Below are positions 39,364-47,891 of a stretch of DNA of 59,716 bases, in pieces. The stretch is taken from positions 1 to 59,716 of IMG/VR virus record IMGVR_UViG_3300020045_007673; one strand, given 5' to 3'. The notes under the pieces were generated by a model. That model worked only from the letters and a program-made list of their open reading frames with translations. It was not told the origin of the DNA and did no database searches. The DNA comes from a virus. Its lineage: Duplodnaviria > Caudoviricetes. Positions within the stretch are counted from its first letter, which is position 1. Each line of letters starts with the position of its first letter. The translations under genes were made by a program, and so were the position numbers.

Positions 39364-40266
39364 TCATTTCTTCACTGTCGGGGTAAATGTGTTGCGCGGT
39401 CTACCTTCTCCACGTATGGTTTTGATCATCTTAAAAGTCTCGCAAGCGGCGTTTTGTGCGTCATGTAAAGTTAAGTCATCTATCTTCAACTCGTTTTCTA
39501 TTCTATCCAGCAAATGGATTAACTTTTCATTGAATTCTTTCTGCTTCCAAGTTCTCTTACCATACAAAGCGTCTAAGCACGCGGATGAACCGGGACCAAT
39601 CGGAGCAAAAGTTCGTAAGTCTGAGGCTGAACCTAGTTGTTTTGTGTAAGAAAGATCGGAGGCGACTTGCCCGGAAGTAAAACTGCTGAATCCATAATTT
39701 TTCATCAGCTCCGTCACCACTGCTTCCACTGTCTTTGTTTCGTGCACAGCGTGTCGTAAATTGTCAACATTAGTTTTCAACGGAGCAAGGATATGTTTAC
39801 CAACTGCTTTCCCTTTAGGTAACCCCGTTTCTTTTTTGGATGGAAAAATCATATAGCTACCGGTCCATGCTTTTCCACCGGCCCGAGTTATTCCGTCTAC
39901 CACTTCAGAAAACAACTCATAATCAAAATCTTCTACTCGCATTGGAATGGCTTTCGCGTCCAAAAGAGCTTGAAGAGTTGTGGGTAAATTTACATACCGG
40001 GCGATTGCCGCAATAAAAAACAAGTCTTCACAATCCTCGTAAGGTAAAAGTAGATTATCAATAATCCATTTCGACACCCGGTCATTCTTTCTATGTAAAT
40101 TGCAAAACCTGTACTGTTGGAACATCCAGTGGTCTGACCAAGGGGCTGGGTGGTAGTTTTCTCTAGCATAAAAAATAGCCATTCTCTCCCAACACCACCA
40201 GAGATAGCCTTCTTCAGAAGCAACGTTTTCAGCTTCCGGAGGCGCAAAAGGGTTATTCTGAATCAC
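39364..40266 (-). CDS. 5-hmdU DNA kinase (aGPT-Pplase1 family)
   Basis: WS...FQQYRFCN..R..DRVS, F..GQV..DL.Y, IGPGS and Q...CE..K motifs. Confidence 0.8.
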   Translation of the reverse strand: MIQNNPFAPPEAENVASEEGYLWWCWERMAIFYARENYHPAPWSDHWMFQQYRFCNLHRKNDRVSKWIIDNLLLPYEDCEDLFFIAAIARYVNLPTTLQALLDAKAIPMRVEDFDYELFSEVVDGITRAGGKAWTGSYMIFPSKKETGLPKGKAVGKHILAPLKTNVDNLRHAVHETKTVEAVVTELMKNYGFSSFTSGQVASDLSYTKQLGSASDLRTFAPIGPGSSACLDALYGKRTWKQKEFNEKLIHLLDRIENELKIDDLTLHDAQNAACETFKMIKTIRGEGRPRNTFTPTVKK

Positions 40267-40810
40267 GGAGGATCTCCATTATTTGGTCATATGCGTGTTC
40301 GTAATCGATCAACGCCACACGATAGCCTTCTCTCTTGAGGGTCTTATAGGTACTTACGCATTGTCCCCATTTCATCTCGGTATTGGTCGTATTGAGGGGC
40401 TTTTCGTTTCCGGCGGCGAGTCGGCGAGCTTTTACGCGTTCTATGCAGACTTCGATCGGGGTATCAAGAAACGCGTGACAATAATCGCCGGTTTCAGTTA
40501 TCCTCGCAGTAACTTCAGCCTTCGGCCCCCCACCGGAAAGTAAAAGCCCTTCGAGGATGACGTGGCCGTCGGCCCCCCAACGAATCGCTCGATCCGCGGA
40601 TTCTTTCTGCCGGTGAATTCCATCCGTTCCACCGCACGCCGTTTCGTACTTGCCGACTAGATGAATTGGTTTTTTGAGTCCTGCGAACACGCGATACCCG
40701 AGTATCTTTTTCTGTTCATCTAGAATTTTCTCACTCAGGAAATTCTTAAGTAGTGTGAAAGCGACATGACTTTTGCCGGATCCACTGGTACCGCGAATGG
40801 TGATGATCAT
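40253..40810 (-). CDS. P-loop nucleotide kinase of DNA-modification clusters
   Basis: IRGTSGSGKS, GKY...CGG.D and FLDTP.E.C..RV..RR motifs. Confidence 0.75.
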   Translation of the reverse strand: MIITIRGTSGSGKSHVAFTLLKNFLSEKILDEQKKILGYRVFAGLKKPIHLVGKYETACGGTDGIHRQKESADRAIRWGADGHVILEGLLLSGGGPKAEVTARITETGDYCHAFLDTPIEVCIERVKARRLAAGNEKPLNTTNTEMKWGQCVSTYKTLKREGYRVALIDYEHAYDQIMEILRDSE

Positions 40811-41799
40811 AGGAAATACTCCGCTCTGAATGGAACACCGGTGTCCGCAAACATTTTAGCCTTCTTGTCGCGAGAAGTCAAAGGTTTTTCACACTCTTCA
40901 CGTAACCACGTCGGTAGGTAGTCACTACGAATTTGCTTGAACACTTCCGTGAGCTTTCCGAACCCGCGAGAATCATACCATTTTATACGATCCAAATGCA
41001 TGTCAGCATAGACACCAGGATAGCGCCGACGGAAGAACCCGTTTTTGAACGCGCAACACTGACTTTCAAATGTAAAATACCCCGCGTGTTCGTGGTTGCG
41101 CTTTGTTCGGTAGTCGCTCAAAAACTGGTCGGCGTGTTTGTTTAACCAAGGAACCATCTTGTCGAAATTATATTTTCCATCGAACCCGTTCGGTAGGCGT
41201 TTGTCCCAGACTAAATCTTCGTGACCGAGTAAGAATAGCATTCCGTTCCGGTGGGACTTAGAACCTTCCTTGTCTTCCCAGAACAGGTTGTCGCAATCGG
41301 CACCGAAACCCATGATACGCACGTACTCTAGATAAGAAAAACTCGTCAGTCTACCGAAAGAGTAGAAACCTTCAGTGACTTTGGTCCAGAGTTCCGAAAA
41401 GGATCCGGTGAGTAGCTTCTCCTGCGAGCCGTGGTCTTCTACCAGTTTGGAGTATGAGTACACCGCCATCGGCGTATTTCGTTTCCCATGGCGACGGTCA
41501 GTGTCGAAGGATAGATTCCCCCATTCGACGTCGAACCACTCATTGAACACTTTGAATTCTTCCTTGGTGCGCGGCAACTCCGGAAACCGCTCGAAGATTC
41601 TAATCGACGTGAGTGGGTTTTGCGTCATCCCATTATAGAAGGCGAAGATCAATTTTTGATCCGTATCCCAACCGTAGTGCTCGGCGAGCTTCGGCATCAG
41701 GAGATACACGAGACCTGGGTGGACGCCGTATTCCAGGTTCATCGCATAGAGCTTTGTAAAATACTCTTCGCGATTCTCGGGCAGTCGGTAATCCATCAT
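40807..41799 (-). CDS. Amino acid:DNA transferase (aGPT-Pplase2 family)
   Basis: FDTDRR, FGR...FSYLE, ESQCC.FK and YPG.Y.D motifs. Located between the PLP enzyme and the kinases. Confidence 0.75.
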   Translation of the reverse strand: MMDYRLPENREEYFTKLYAMNLEYGVHPGLVYLLMPKLAEHYGWDTDQKLIFAFYNGMTQNPLTSIRIFERFPELPRTKEEFKVFNEWFDVEWGNLSFDTDRRHGKRNTPMAVYSYSKLVEDHGSQEKLLTGSFSELWTKVTEGFYSFGRLTSFSYLEYVRIMGFGADCDNLFWEDKEGSKSHRNGMLFLLGHEDLVWDKRLPNGFDGKYNFDKMVPWLNKHADQFLSDYRTKRNHEHAGYFTFESQCCAFKNGFFRRRYPGVYADMHLDRIKWYDSRGFGKLTEVFKQIRSDYLPTWLREECEKPLTSRDKKAKMFADTGVPFRAEYFL

Positions 41800-42749
41800 A
41801 CTACCTCCAATGAATGAGTAAAGAATCGTTCCATCGCCTTCGGGTCAGGCTCTCCGCCGACGATCCAAAACAATGATTTACCGTCGGAAGGAACGGCGTC
41901 ATTTTGTTTCAGCCACCGCCACATCTTACCTTCGTACGTTGGATGTAGAGCTATCCCGTGAGCGGTTTCCGGCATCTTATCGGAATATGTAGAGAAATCT
42001 CCATGTAATGTAAGGTACTTTACTTTGAACGGTAACTTTTCCCGTTCTACCCCGAGAATAGCCAGACGCTGCCAAAGCCACTCTCTCTTGTCTGGTCCGA
42101 TCTCCATCGCCACCACGGTTTTGACGTTCTTGGGGGCACGAGATAATCCAAGAATTACGGAGCAAATCGAATTGCATGAACCGGTTGGCATGATTATCGT
42201 CTCTATTTCGTCAGGGATATTCTTGGTTTGGTTGGCACCAATGTCGTGGAATGCACGCACTTCTTCCTTGGAATAGATTCTATGGTCCAGCGTGATACCG
42301 TAATGCACCACTAGGGAGGAAGGTTTGGTAAGGTTAGTCACCTTTTTCTGTATAATTGGATTGTAGGGTCCGGAACAGTATTCGAAAACTGCTCCAAAAC
42401 CAGCCGAAATGCGCGGAGAAGGATGCGTAAGAATAGTTGATGGTTTGCTATACACAACGAGCCGAGACGGAAGGCCGTAGTGTGCTCCCACGATCGCGGA
42501 CATTAAAAGCTGGGGAGATTGTATAGACGCGCCGGAAAGAATATGAGTCTTACCTTCTCGATAGCGGTCAATATACCAGATAATCTGGCGGCATTTGGAT
42601 CCGCCGAGTCCCCCAGGGCCGAGCGGTTGAAATAAATCATCACGTTTGAACCACAACCCTTCTCGGTTTTCTACAGGAGTCAAGGTCTCCATATAGTCTT
42701 CCCAGTGAATTAGATTTCGGTCCAGCGTGTAGTTGGGAAAAATAATCAT
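41796..42749 (-). CDS. PLP-dependent enzyme (fold II, ACC deaminase-like; putative DNA decarboxylase)
   Basis: LTPVE, FKRDD..GG.GGSKCRQ (PLP lysine), PTGSCNS, LHPTYEGK and FWIVG motifs. Confidence 0.8.
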   Translation of the reverse strand: MIIFPNYTLDRNLIHWEDYMETLTPVENREGLWFKRDDLFQPLGPGGLGGSKCRQIIWYIDRYREGKTHILSGASIQSPQLLMSAIVGAHYGLPSRLVVYSKPSTILTHPSPRISAGFGAVFEYCSGPYNPIIQKKVTNLTKPSSLVVHYGITLDHRIYSKEEVRAFHDIGANQTKNIPDEIETIIMPTGSCNSICSVILGLSRAPKNVKTVVAMEIGPDKREWLWQRLAILGVEREKLPFKVKYLTLHGDFSTYSDKMPETAHGIALHPTYEGKMWRWLKQNDAVPSDGKSLFWIVGGEPDPKAMERFFTHSLEVV

Positions 42750-42750
42750 A

Positions 42751-42957
42751 TCAACGATACGCCACGGTCAGTTTTTCGGACAGCGCCCACGATTCAAGCG
42801 TGGCGCGAGTGACGATTTTACCGCCTGGGATTGCGAACTTTCCGACGATTGGCTCGAATATCCGCTGTCTTGAATTTGAATCAAGACCGACTTGATGCTC
42901 GGCGGGCACGAAAACATAGCCGCCGACTTCGACGCCGCGAATGGTACTAGCGCTCAT
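42751..42957 (-). CDS. Hypothetical protein
   Basis: ATGA-coupled. Confidence 0.5.
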   Translation of the reverse strand: MSASTIRGVEVGGYVFVPAEHQVGLDSNSRQRIFEPIVGKFAIPGGKIVTRATLESWALSEKLTVAYR

Positions 42958-43559
42958 GATGCCACCTCGAATTCGCTTGGAGTCGTTTCCAGTAGTTCGC
43001 GTAAGCGGTTGGACTGAGCGTCCCTAGCAGCGGCCCAAGCAGCGGCCCCAGCAGCGTCCCCAGCAGCGTCCCCAGCAGCGTCCCCAGCAGCGGCCCCAGC
43101 AGCGGCCCCAGCAGCGGCCCAAGCAGCGTCCCCAGCAGCGGCCGCAGCGTCCCCAGCAGCGGCCCAAGCAGCGGCCCCAGCAGCGTCCCCAGCAGCGGCC
43201 CCAGCAGCGTCCCCAGCAGCGGCCCAAGCAGCGGCCCCAGCAGCGGACAACTCTCTATCGTTCGCTTGGCCGTTGGCGTGGCGCTCCGCAACATCAAGCG
43301 CATCTAGGCTGTGTTGATCCTTCATTAAATGCTGCACTTGCCGGGCGCACCATACGGCGTAGAGCCGCCATAGTTTGTTATGCTCGGGAACGGCATGCAG
43401 ACACCATAACGTGTCGTCTAGCCCGTTGCTATCCAAGATAGTGACAAGCGCTACCGGGGCGTCATCTGCTTTTGTTTTTCCCAGATGTCGTAGAAGTTTC
43501 GCCCATCCCTCTTCGCAAGGGGAGTTGGCGCGAATCTTGTTTAACGTGGTGTAGATCAT
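42954..43559 (-). CDS. Phage protein with AAGA/AAWA/AAGD repeats
   Basis: TTLNKIR...PC..GW, LDD.LWCL and A.WCARQV motifs followed by Ala-rich repeats. Confidence 0.7.
   Translation of the reverse strand: MIYTTLNKIRANSPCEEGWAKLLRHLGKTKADDAPVALVTILDSNGLDDTLWCLHAVPEHNKLWRLYAVWCARQVQHLMKDQHSLDALDVAERHANGQANDRELSAAGAAAWAAAGDAAGAAAGDAAGAAAWAAAGDAAAAAGDAAWAAAGAAAGAAAGDAAGDAAGDAAGAAAWAAARDAQSNRLRELLETTPSEFEVAS
43021..43243. repeat. 12-bp tandem repeat (CCCAGCAGCGKC variants)
   Basis: Visible array inside the Ala-rich gene. Confidence 0.9.
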
Positions 43560-43846
43560 GTTTCCTCCCCTTGATTGAAACGAGTTATCCGAACGACGAT
43601 TGACGAGTCGGTTTCGTAACACGACTCGAATTGCGCTTCGGTCATAAACTGCTTCGCCTTGTCGGCTTTGAATGACTTGCGGTTTTGCAGCGAAACCGTC
43701 ACCGCGCCTTTGTGGCCGGGGTGCCCGCCTTCGCCCAAGGCGATAACTTGTTGTTTGAGTTCTTCCTTACGCTTTTCAAGCGACTTGATTTCCTCGTCAA
43801 TCAAGACGAATTTGTCAATCAGAGAATAGCTTTGCTTTGTATCCAT
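43556..43846 (-). CDS. Hypothetical coiled-coil early protein
   Basis: First gene after a promoter motif. AAAGGA RBS. Confidence 0.65.
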   Translation of the reverse strand: MDTKQSYSLIDKFVLIDEEIKSLEKRKEELKQQVIALGEGGHPGHKGAVTVSLQNRKSFKADKAKQFMTEAQFESCYETDSSIVVRITRFNQGEET

Positions 43847-43849
43847 GAT

Positions 43850-43925
43850 ATTTCCTTTCAGTTATGAGTTATCGAGAAGGTGAGGTAATTCTAGTTAGAT
43901 TCTCGATAGTACGCTAGTGGGTATT
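43850..43925 (-). promoter_or_regulatory. Early promoter: CCACTAGCGTACTATC box, TAGCGT-N17-TAGAAT
   Basis: Shares the motif and the TAACTGAAAGGA leader with the 103-bp repeat. Confidence 0.7.
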
Positions 43926-43926
43926 T

Positions 43927-44118
43927 TCAGAAAGTTGATTGTTTTTCGCTATCGTCGTTTTTGACGGTAAGAACGCCTTCGTGGATTACCAACACTTCGA
44001 AATTCTGCTTTTCCAGGCGGCGGATCAGCTTACCGAGACCGTTCGGCGTGTAGGTGTACTCGGTTCGCGGGGTGTCGCCGGACATGTAGGTCACGGCGTA
44101 TCGGTTGATGGTTTTCAT
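43927..44118 (-). CDS. Hypothetical protein
   Basis: GAGGAG RBS before MKTINRY. Confidence 0.55.
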   Translation of the reverse strand: MKTINRYAVTYMSGDTPRTEYTYTPNGLGKLIRRLEKQNFEVLVIHEGVLTVKNDDSEKQSTF

Positions 44119-44297
44119 TTCTGTAACTCCTCGATAAATTCCGGCCAAGCCGGTAAGCCAAAATAGTCCCGCAGAACCGCCTCGGGGTTATCACCGTCGG
44201 CTACATCGCGCCGCGCTGCGTGCAACAACGAGCGGATTTCCTCGGGCGGCAATTCGTTGTGGAACATAAGGTGCCGGAACAGCTTGTCGTCGCTCAT
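44115..44297 (-). CDS. Hypothetical protein
   Basis: GGGAG RBS. NPE.VL.DYFGL motif. Confidence 0.55.
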   Translation of the reverse strand: MSDDKLFRHLMFHNELPPEEIRSLLHAARRDVADGDNPEAVLRDYFGLPAWPEFIEELQK

Positions 44298-44300
44298 GGT

Positions 44301-44420
44301 CTAGCTCCCGCAGTTTTTCAACAATGTGAAAAAGCAAATTGCCATAAAAACTAACACTATTGCTTTTCCAAGCCAACCAGTGAAGTACGTGCGCTACCAA
44401 TACTTAAAGCCGCGCCTCAT
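44301..44420 (-). pseudogene. Small membrane protein gene interrupted by in-frame TAG
   Basis: MRRGFKYW*RTYFTGWLGKAIVLVFMAICFFTLLKNCGS. ATGA-coupled. TAG at 44396-44394. Confidence 0.5.
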
Positions 44421-44695
44421 GGCCAATACTTCACGATTTCAATCATTTGGTCGCACCATCGGCGCTTGTAGTCAAGTGTAACTTTATCACCAGCTGCCCG
44501 TAGGGTAATATACTTATTCGACCGTAACCACTCGTTCACTGTATCGTATGGCGCGATACTAGGCCATATGAGCTTGTTCCGTATCTCGTCGCTTATATGA
44601 TCGTCCGGCAGACCTAGACACACAAACCACGTGTGGGTTAGTTTTTCTTTCGCCTGCCGCAGAGCGGCCACATGTTTTTCGCTCATTTCATCCAC
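44417..44695 (-). CDS. Hypothetical protein
   Basis: Operon position. Start probably at MSEKH. Confidence 0.55.
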   Translation of the reverse strand: MDEMSEKHVAALRQAKEKLTHTWFVCLGLPDDHISDEIRNKLIWPSIAPYDTVNEWLRSNKYITLRAAGDKVTLDYKRRWCDQMIEIVKYWP

Positions 44696-45612
44696 CCAAG
44701 AAGAACTTCAATTGACACTTCAAACCCGGCAGCGTTCTTATGGCCACCTCCGCCGAACGCCTTGGCGATCGAGCTGACATCGTAGTCGCCGTTGGAACGC
44801 AGCGAACACTTAGCTGCCATGCCGCTCTCACTCATGCTCCAACACAGGCCGAAGGTGCCAGACTGTAGCGCGAGTTCGTGGCCGACTTCCGATATATGCG
44901 CGTTGGTGTTGAGGGCGAGACCTTTAAATCGTTGATCTACCGCGCCGTCTACGAAAAGGTGAATTTCACATTTCCGAGCTTGTTTCAACATCGACTTGAT
45001 CTGCGCGTCTTGGGCGCGGAGGATGGCTGCGCCGTCATCAATCAAGTTCGGCACAGATGCCCCTTTGCATAGCCATCTTTCCCACTGCTCGAAGCTCCAC
45101 GGCGCGTAGCTCCACAGGGCCTTGTTGAACTCCTTGGTGCCGTCGATCTTGAACTGCCAGCGGTCATAGTCGTCGATGTGCCGAAACAGCATTGGGGTAT
45201 CGGTGCCGGGGTGGAAGTACTCCCAAGCCAGAATCGCGCCGGACTTGTTGTTGTTGAGGATGATTATATCTTTTTGTGCAGGGGCATGCGAATTCGTGTA
45301 GTAGCCAGGGGATGACGGCATCCACATCTCGAACGCGGATTTATGATGGTCGAGCCACACGACGCGCTTGGCTTGCGAAAACAGCTCATCCATAAGCTGC
45401 CGACCAAAAGAGAAATCGAGGACGTAAACTTCGCGTCCCCCTAGGTAGTGACACACACCCCCAACTACAAAGCTGCGGTCTTGGGGATTGTACTCAGCCT
45501 GGTTGTATTGCATCGGCAAGTACTCCGCCTCGTCGCCGAAACGCAGCCACGCAGCGAACGCGGCGACGAACCCGTCGGCACAGTTGTCGTGGTAAATGAC
45601 TAATGGTTTCAT
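44683..45612 (-). CDS. DHH/DHHA1 phosphoesterase
   Basis: IYH..C.DG, LDFS, LDHH, SLRS and GGGGH..AAGF motifs. Confidence 0.85.
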   Translation of the reverse strand: MKPLVIYHDNCADGFVAAFAAWLRFGDEAEYLPMQYNQAEYNPQDRSFVVGGVCHYLGGREVYVLDFSFGRQLMDELFSQAKRVVWLDHHKSAFEMWMPSSPGYYTNSHAPAQKDIIILNNNKSGAILAWEYFHPGTDTPMLFRHIDDYDRWQFKIDGTKEFNKALWSYAPWSFEQWERWLCKGASVPNLIDDGAAILRAQDAQIKSMLKQARKCEIHLFVDGAVDQRFKGLALNTNAHISEVGHELALQSGTFGLCWSMSESGMAAKCSLRSNGDYDVSSIAKAFGGGGHKNAAGFEVSIEVLLGWMK

Positions 45613-45806
45613 TTCAGTTCTTCCTCTGTGAAGTTTGATTGAATCAGATTTACCGCGTCGAAAAAGTCCATCCTCTCTTCTTCAGTCCCACGCCTAGGGT
45701 AGGCGATCTGGCGGAGTAAATCCTTGAATCTCGCGTTTTCAGCAACTAGCTTCTCTACTGGCTCGTGGCGCTCACGAATGTCCGGCATGTGGGTGTGATA
45801 ATTCAT
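45609..45806 (-). CDS. Hypothetical protein
   Basis: ATGA-coupled. Confidence 0.55.
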   Translation of the reverse strand: MNYHTHMPDIRERHEPVEKLVAENARFKDLLRQIAYPRRGTEEERMDFFDAVNLIQSNFTEEELK

Positions 45807-46069
45807 TTCAATCCTCCATTATCATATAGCTGACGGCGCAATTCAGTGATTTGGCGCTCCATCGTTTCAATGGCCCCAAGCGCGGCGGACAATTCCTGAC
45901 GGGCTTCCACTACCCGCTGTTCGGCGTCGATAATCCGGCGCTTACAGCGTGCTACGTATTGCATGGAGTTCTGTCGAGCGCCCTCAAGGGCGAACAACTC
46001 GAACAGTATTTCGTCTTCGCGTTTCATTCTTTGTCCCATTCTAGTAGTCAGGGGCGGAAATCCAGCCAA
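45803..46069 (-). CDS. Hypothetical coiled-coil protein
   Basis: Start uncertain. Confidence 0.5.
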   Translation of the reverse strand: MAGFPPLTTRMGQRMKREDEILFELFALEGARQNSMQYVARCKRRIIDAEQRVVEARQELSAALGAIETMERQITELRRQLYDNGGLK

Positions 46070-46268
46070 TCAAATCCATAAACAGCGCAGTGTTGCTACT
46101 CATATAGTAGCTACCGCTGTCCCCGCGCCGAACAGTACAATAGTGCTCACGCCCGTCCTTGTCGATACCGATGAAACGAAAGCCATCTTCGTTTCTGATC
46201 TGCCCTAGGGGGTTCAACTTCGACGGCCAGCAATATTTGTCGCTCTTTCTTTCGTTTGGTGTTTTCAT
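46041..46268 (-). CDS. Hypothetical protein
   Basis: ATGA-coupled. Confidence 0.55.
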   Translation of the reverse strand: MKTPNERKSDKYCWPSKLNPLGQIRNEDGFRFIGIDKDGREHYCTVRRGDSGSYYMSSNTALFMDLIGWISAPDY

Positions 46269-46462
46269 CCTTCGGCTCCGTCATAGGTATCGAGGTAGTA
46301 AGCATCTGCCGCGCGAAGCAGGTTTTCTTGGGCGTCGTCGATGTTTTGTTGCAAAGAGATCGCTAGCATCGTTGGTATTCCGGCGGAAAGGGCTGACGTT
46401 AAATCCGCCTCGGCTTTGCCGTAGTTCTTCGCGGCGTCTTGTAAGAGTTCAAGTGGTTTCAT
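46265..46462 (-). CDS. Hypothetical protein
   Basis: ATGA-coupled. Confidence 0.55.
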   Translation of the reverse strand: MKPLELLQDAAKNYGKAEADLTSALSAGIPTMLAISLQQNIDDAQENLLRAADAYYLDTYDGAEG

Positions 46463-46650
46463 TCTTCACCTCGGGCTTTGGTGATGGCGGTCTTTGCTTC
46501 AGCCACAATCAGCGCCAGCATTCCAGGGCCAATTCCCCCGGCATCAGCGTCTGTCCAGGCATTGCCTATAAGTTGGTTGTTGGCGTAGATTTCTTGCCCA
46601 CGAACGCCAGCAAGTTCCCACGGGCCGGGAGTATGTTGAGTTTTCATCAT
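46459..46650 (-). CDS. Hypothetical protein with HTPGPW module
   Basis: HTPGPW...AI.KA.GE motif of phage early proteins. Confidence 0.65.
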   Translation of the reverse strand: MMKTQHTPGPWELAGVRGQEIYANNQLIGNAWTDADAGGIGPGMLALIVAEAKTAITKARGEE

Positions 46651-46772
46651 GCTCTCCTAGCTAGCCAATAGAGTGCAACATCAAGCGGCACACCCTGGTT
46701 ACGAAGATAGCCAGCGGCGCGGCGTGTGCCGAGCGTGCGCTGGATTGATTTGGCTTTGGTGTAAGTTACCAT
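46647..46772 (-). CDS. Small hypothetical protein (41 aa)
   Basis: MVTYTKAKSIQRTLGTRRAAGYLRNQG... AAAGGA RBS. Confidence 0.55.
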   Translation of the reverse strand: MVTYTKAKSIQRTLGTRRAAGYLRNQGVPLDVALYWLARRA

Positions 46773-46855
46773 GATTGTTTCCTTTTCAGATTCCGAAAAC
46801 GGCAGCCGCGAGAGCGACCACCAGCACGAGGATGAATACGGTACGGTCGGTCATT

Positions 46856-47419
46856 TTAACCAACCGAAACCAGTTGGAAAGAACGACCGTTGATCGTTAC
46901 GGTGATCTGGTTTCCAAGCTTGGCGGCGGAATACAACTTGGCGGTCAAGCTATCTTGCTGAGCGCTCGTCATCCAGGAAGGATTAGCTTTCCACATTTGA
47001 AAAGCGTTGTTCCAGATACTCTGATCAGTAACGCATTCGATACGGCGATCCAACCGCATAGTCGCCTTCATACTTTCACCTTGAGTTTTGCTCGGCGAAC
47101 GCGAATGTTCGGTATTGGAAGACATCTTGAGTTCAAGACCAAACTCTGCTCCGCAACCGAGGCACGCGGAAACCGTTTTCGGTTCTTCCTTGTCGAGCGC
47201 TTCGACGAGTTCTTTTTCGGCTTCGGGGGAGATATCCTCGTCAGCTACCGCGCCGACCGCTAGGAGAGCTTCCACCCATTCTTCGACGGTGATCATCTTC
47301 TTGATCGCGGCGATTTGCTTTTCCCCGGCAGCGCGGGAAGAGAACTTCTTGATTTCTTTGTCAGTGAGTTTGTTATACAACGCGACGAGAGTCTTGGTGG
47401 AGAGGTTAGAGAGTTCCAT
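46856..47419 (-). CDS. Hypothetical early protein (possible DNA-binding)
   Basis: First gene after a promoter motif. LVALYNKLT...IKKFS motif. Confidence 0.65.
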   Translation of the reverse strand: MELSNLSTKTLVALYNKLTDKEIKKFSSRAAGEKQIAAIKKMITVEEWVEALLAVGAVADEDISPEAEKELVEALDKEEPKTVSACLGCGAEFGLELKMSSNTEHSRSPSKTQGESMKATMRLDRRIECVTDQSIWNNAFQMWKANPSWMTSAQQDSLTAKLYSAAKLGNQITVTINGRSFQLVSVG

Positions 47420-47424
47420 GATGG

Positions 47425-47510
47425 TTCCTTTCAGTTAAGTTATCGAGTTAGGAATTAGTGAAGCTGAACGAACTTTAGGCCGATTATTGATAGTACGCTA
47501 GTGGGTGTTT
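47425..47510 (-). promoter_or_regulatory. Early promoter: CCACTAGCGTACTATC box, TAGCGT-N17-TAAAGT
   Basis: Same motif family, with the TAACTGAAAGGA leader. Confidence 0.7.
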
Positions 47511-47532
47511 TTCTAGAAACGATAGTTAGAAA

Positions 47533-47682
47533 CTATTTTCCTCCCAAGGCGCGATAGACCGAATAGATAGCTACGATTTGGCGGCAGTTATCTGCGCGGC
47601 GAACGCTTTCGATTCGGCGCTTGGCTTCTTCTTGGTCGAGCTTGGTATGAATGAAGGTGAGCATTGCGGAAGTGGGTTTCAT
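47533..47682 (-). CDS. Small hypothetical protein (49 aa)
   Basis: ATGA-coupled to the upstream gene. Confidence 0.4.
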   Translation of the reverse strand: MKPTSAMLTFIHTKLDQEEAKRRIESVRRADNCRQIVAIYSVYRALGGK

Positions 47683-47891
47683 TTTAATTCACCGAGAATC
47701 GCCGCGATTACCTCAGTAGGCGCGCACGTGTAAGACATACCCGCTTCTGCTTGTTCGCGGCTTACTTTGCGCGAGCCAGTCCAACCAAACTCTCGACTGA
47801 GGTAGCTGTTGATGTAGTAAGCATCGCCGTCGCGGGTAATGCGCTCTTTCCCGCCGTTGTTTGGATTAGGATATTCCCTGGTAATTTTCAT
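47679..47891 (-). CDS. Hypothetical protein, first leftward early gene
   Basis: RBS supplied by repeat copy 2. Confidence 0.6.
   Translation of the reverse strand: MKITREYPNPNNGGKERITRDGDAYYINSYLSREFGWTGSRKVSREQAEAGMSYTCAPTEVIAAILGELK

Noticed and set aside
32418-43243. CRISPR array (two repeat arrays plus a Cas4-like gene)
   Set aside because: The repeats have no unique spacers and are coding. Stand-alone Cas4-like nucleases are common in phage recombination modules.
42947-43303. LLGP and CWGR repeat ORFs
   Set aside because: Alternative frames of the 12-bp repeat within the Ala-rich gene.
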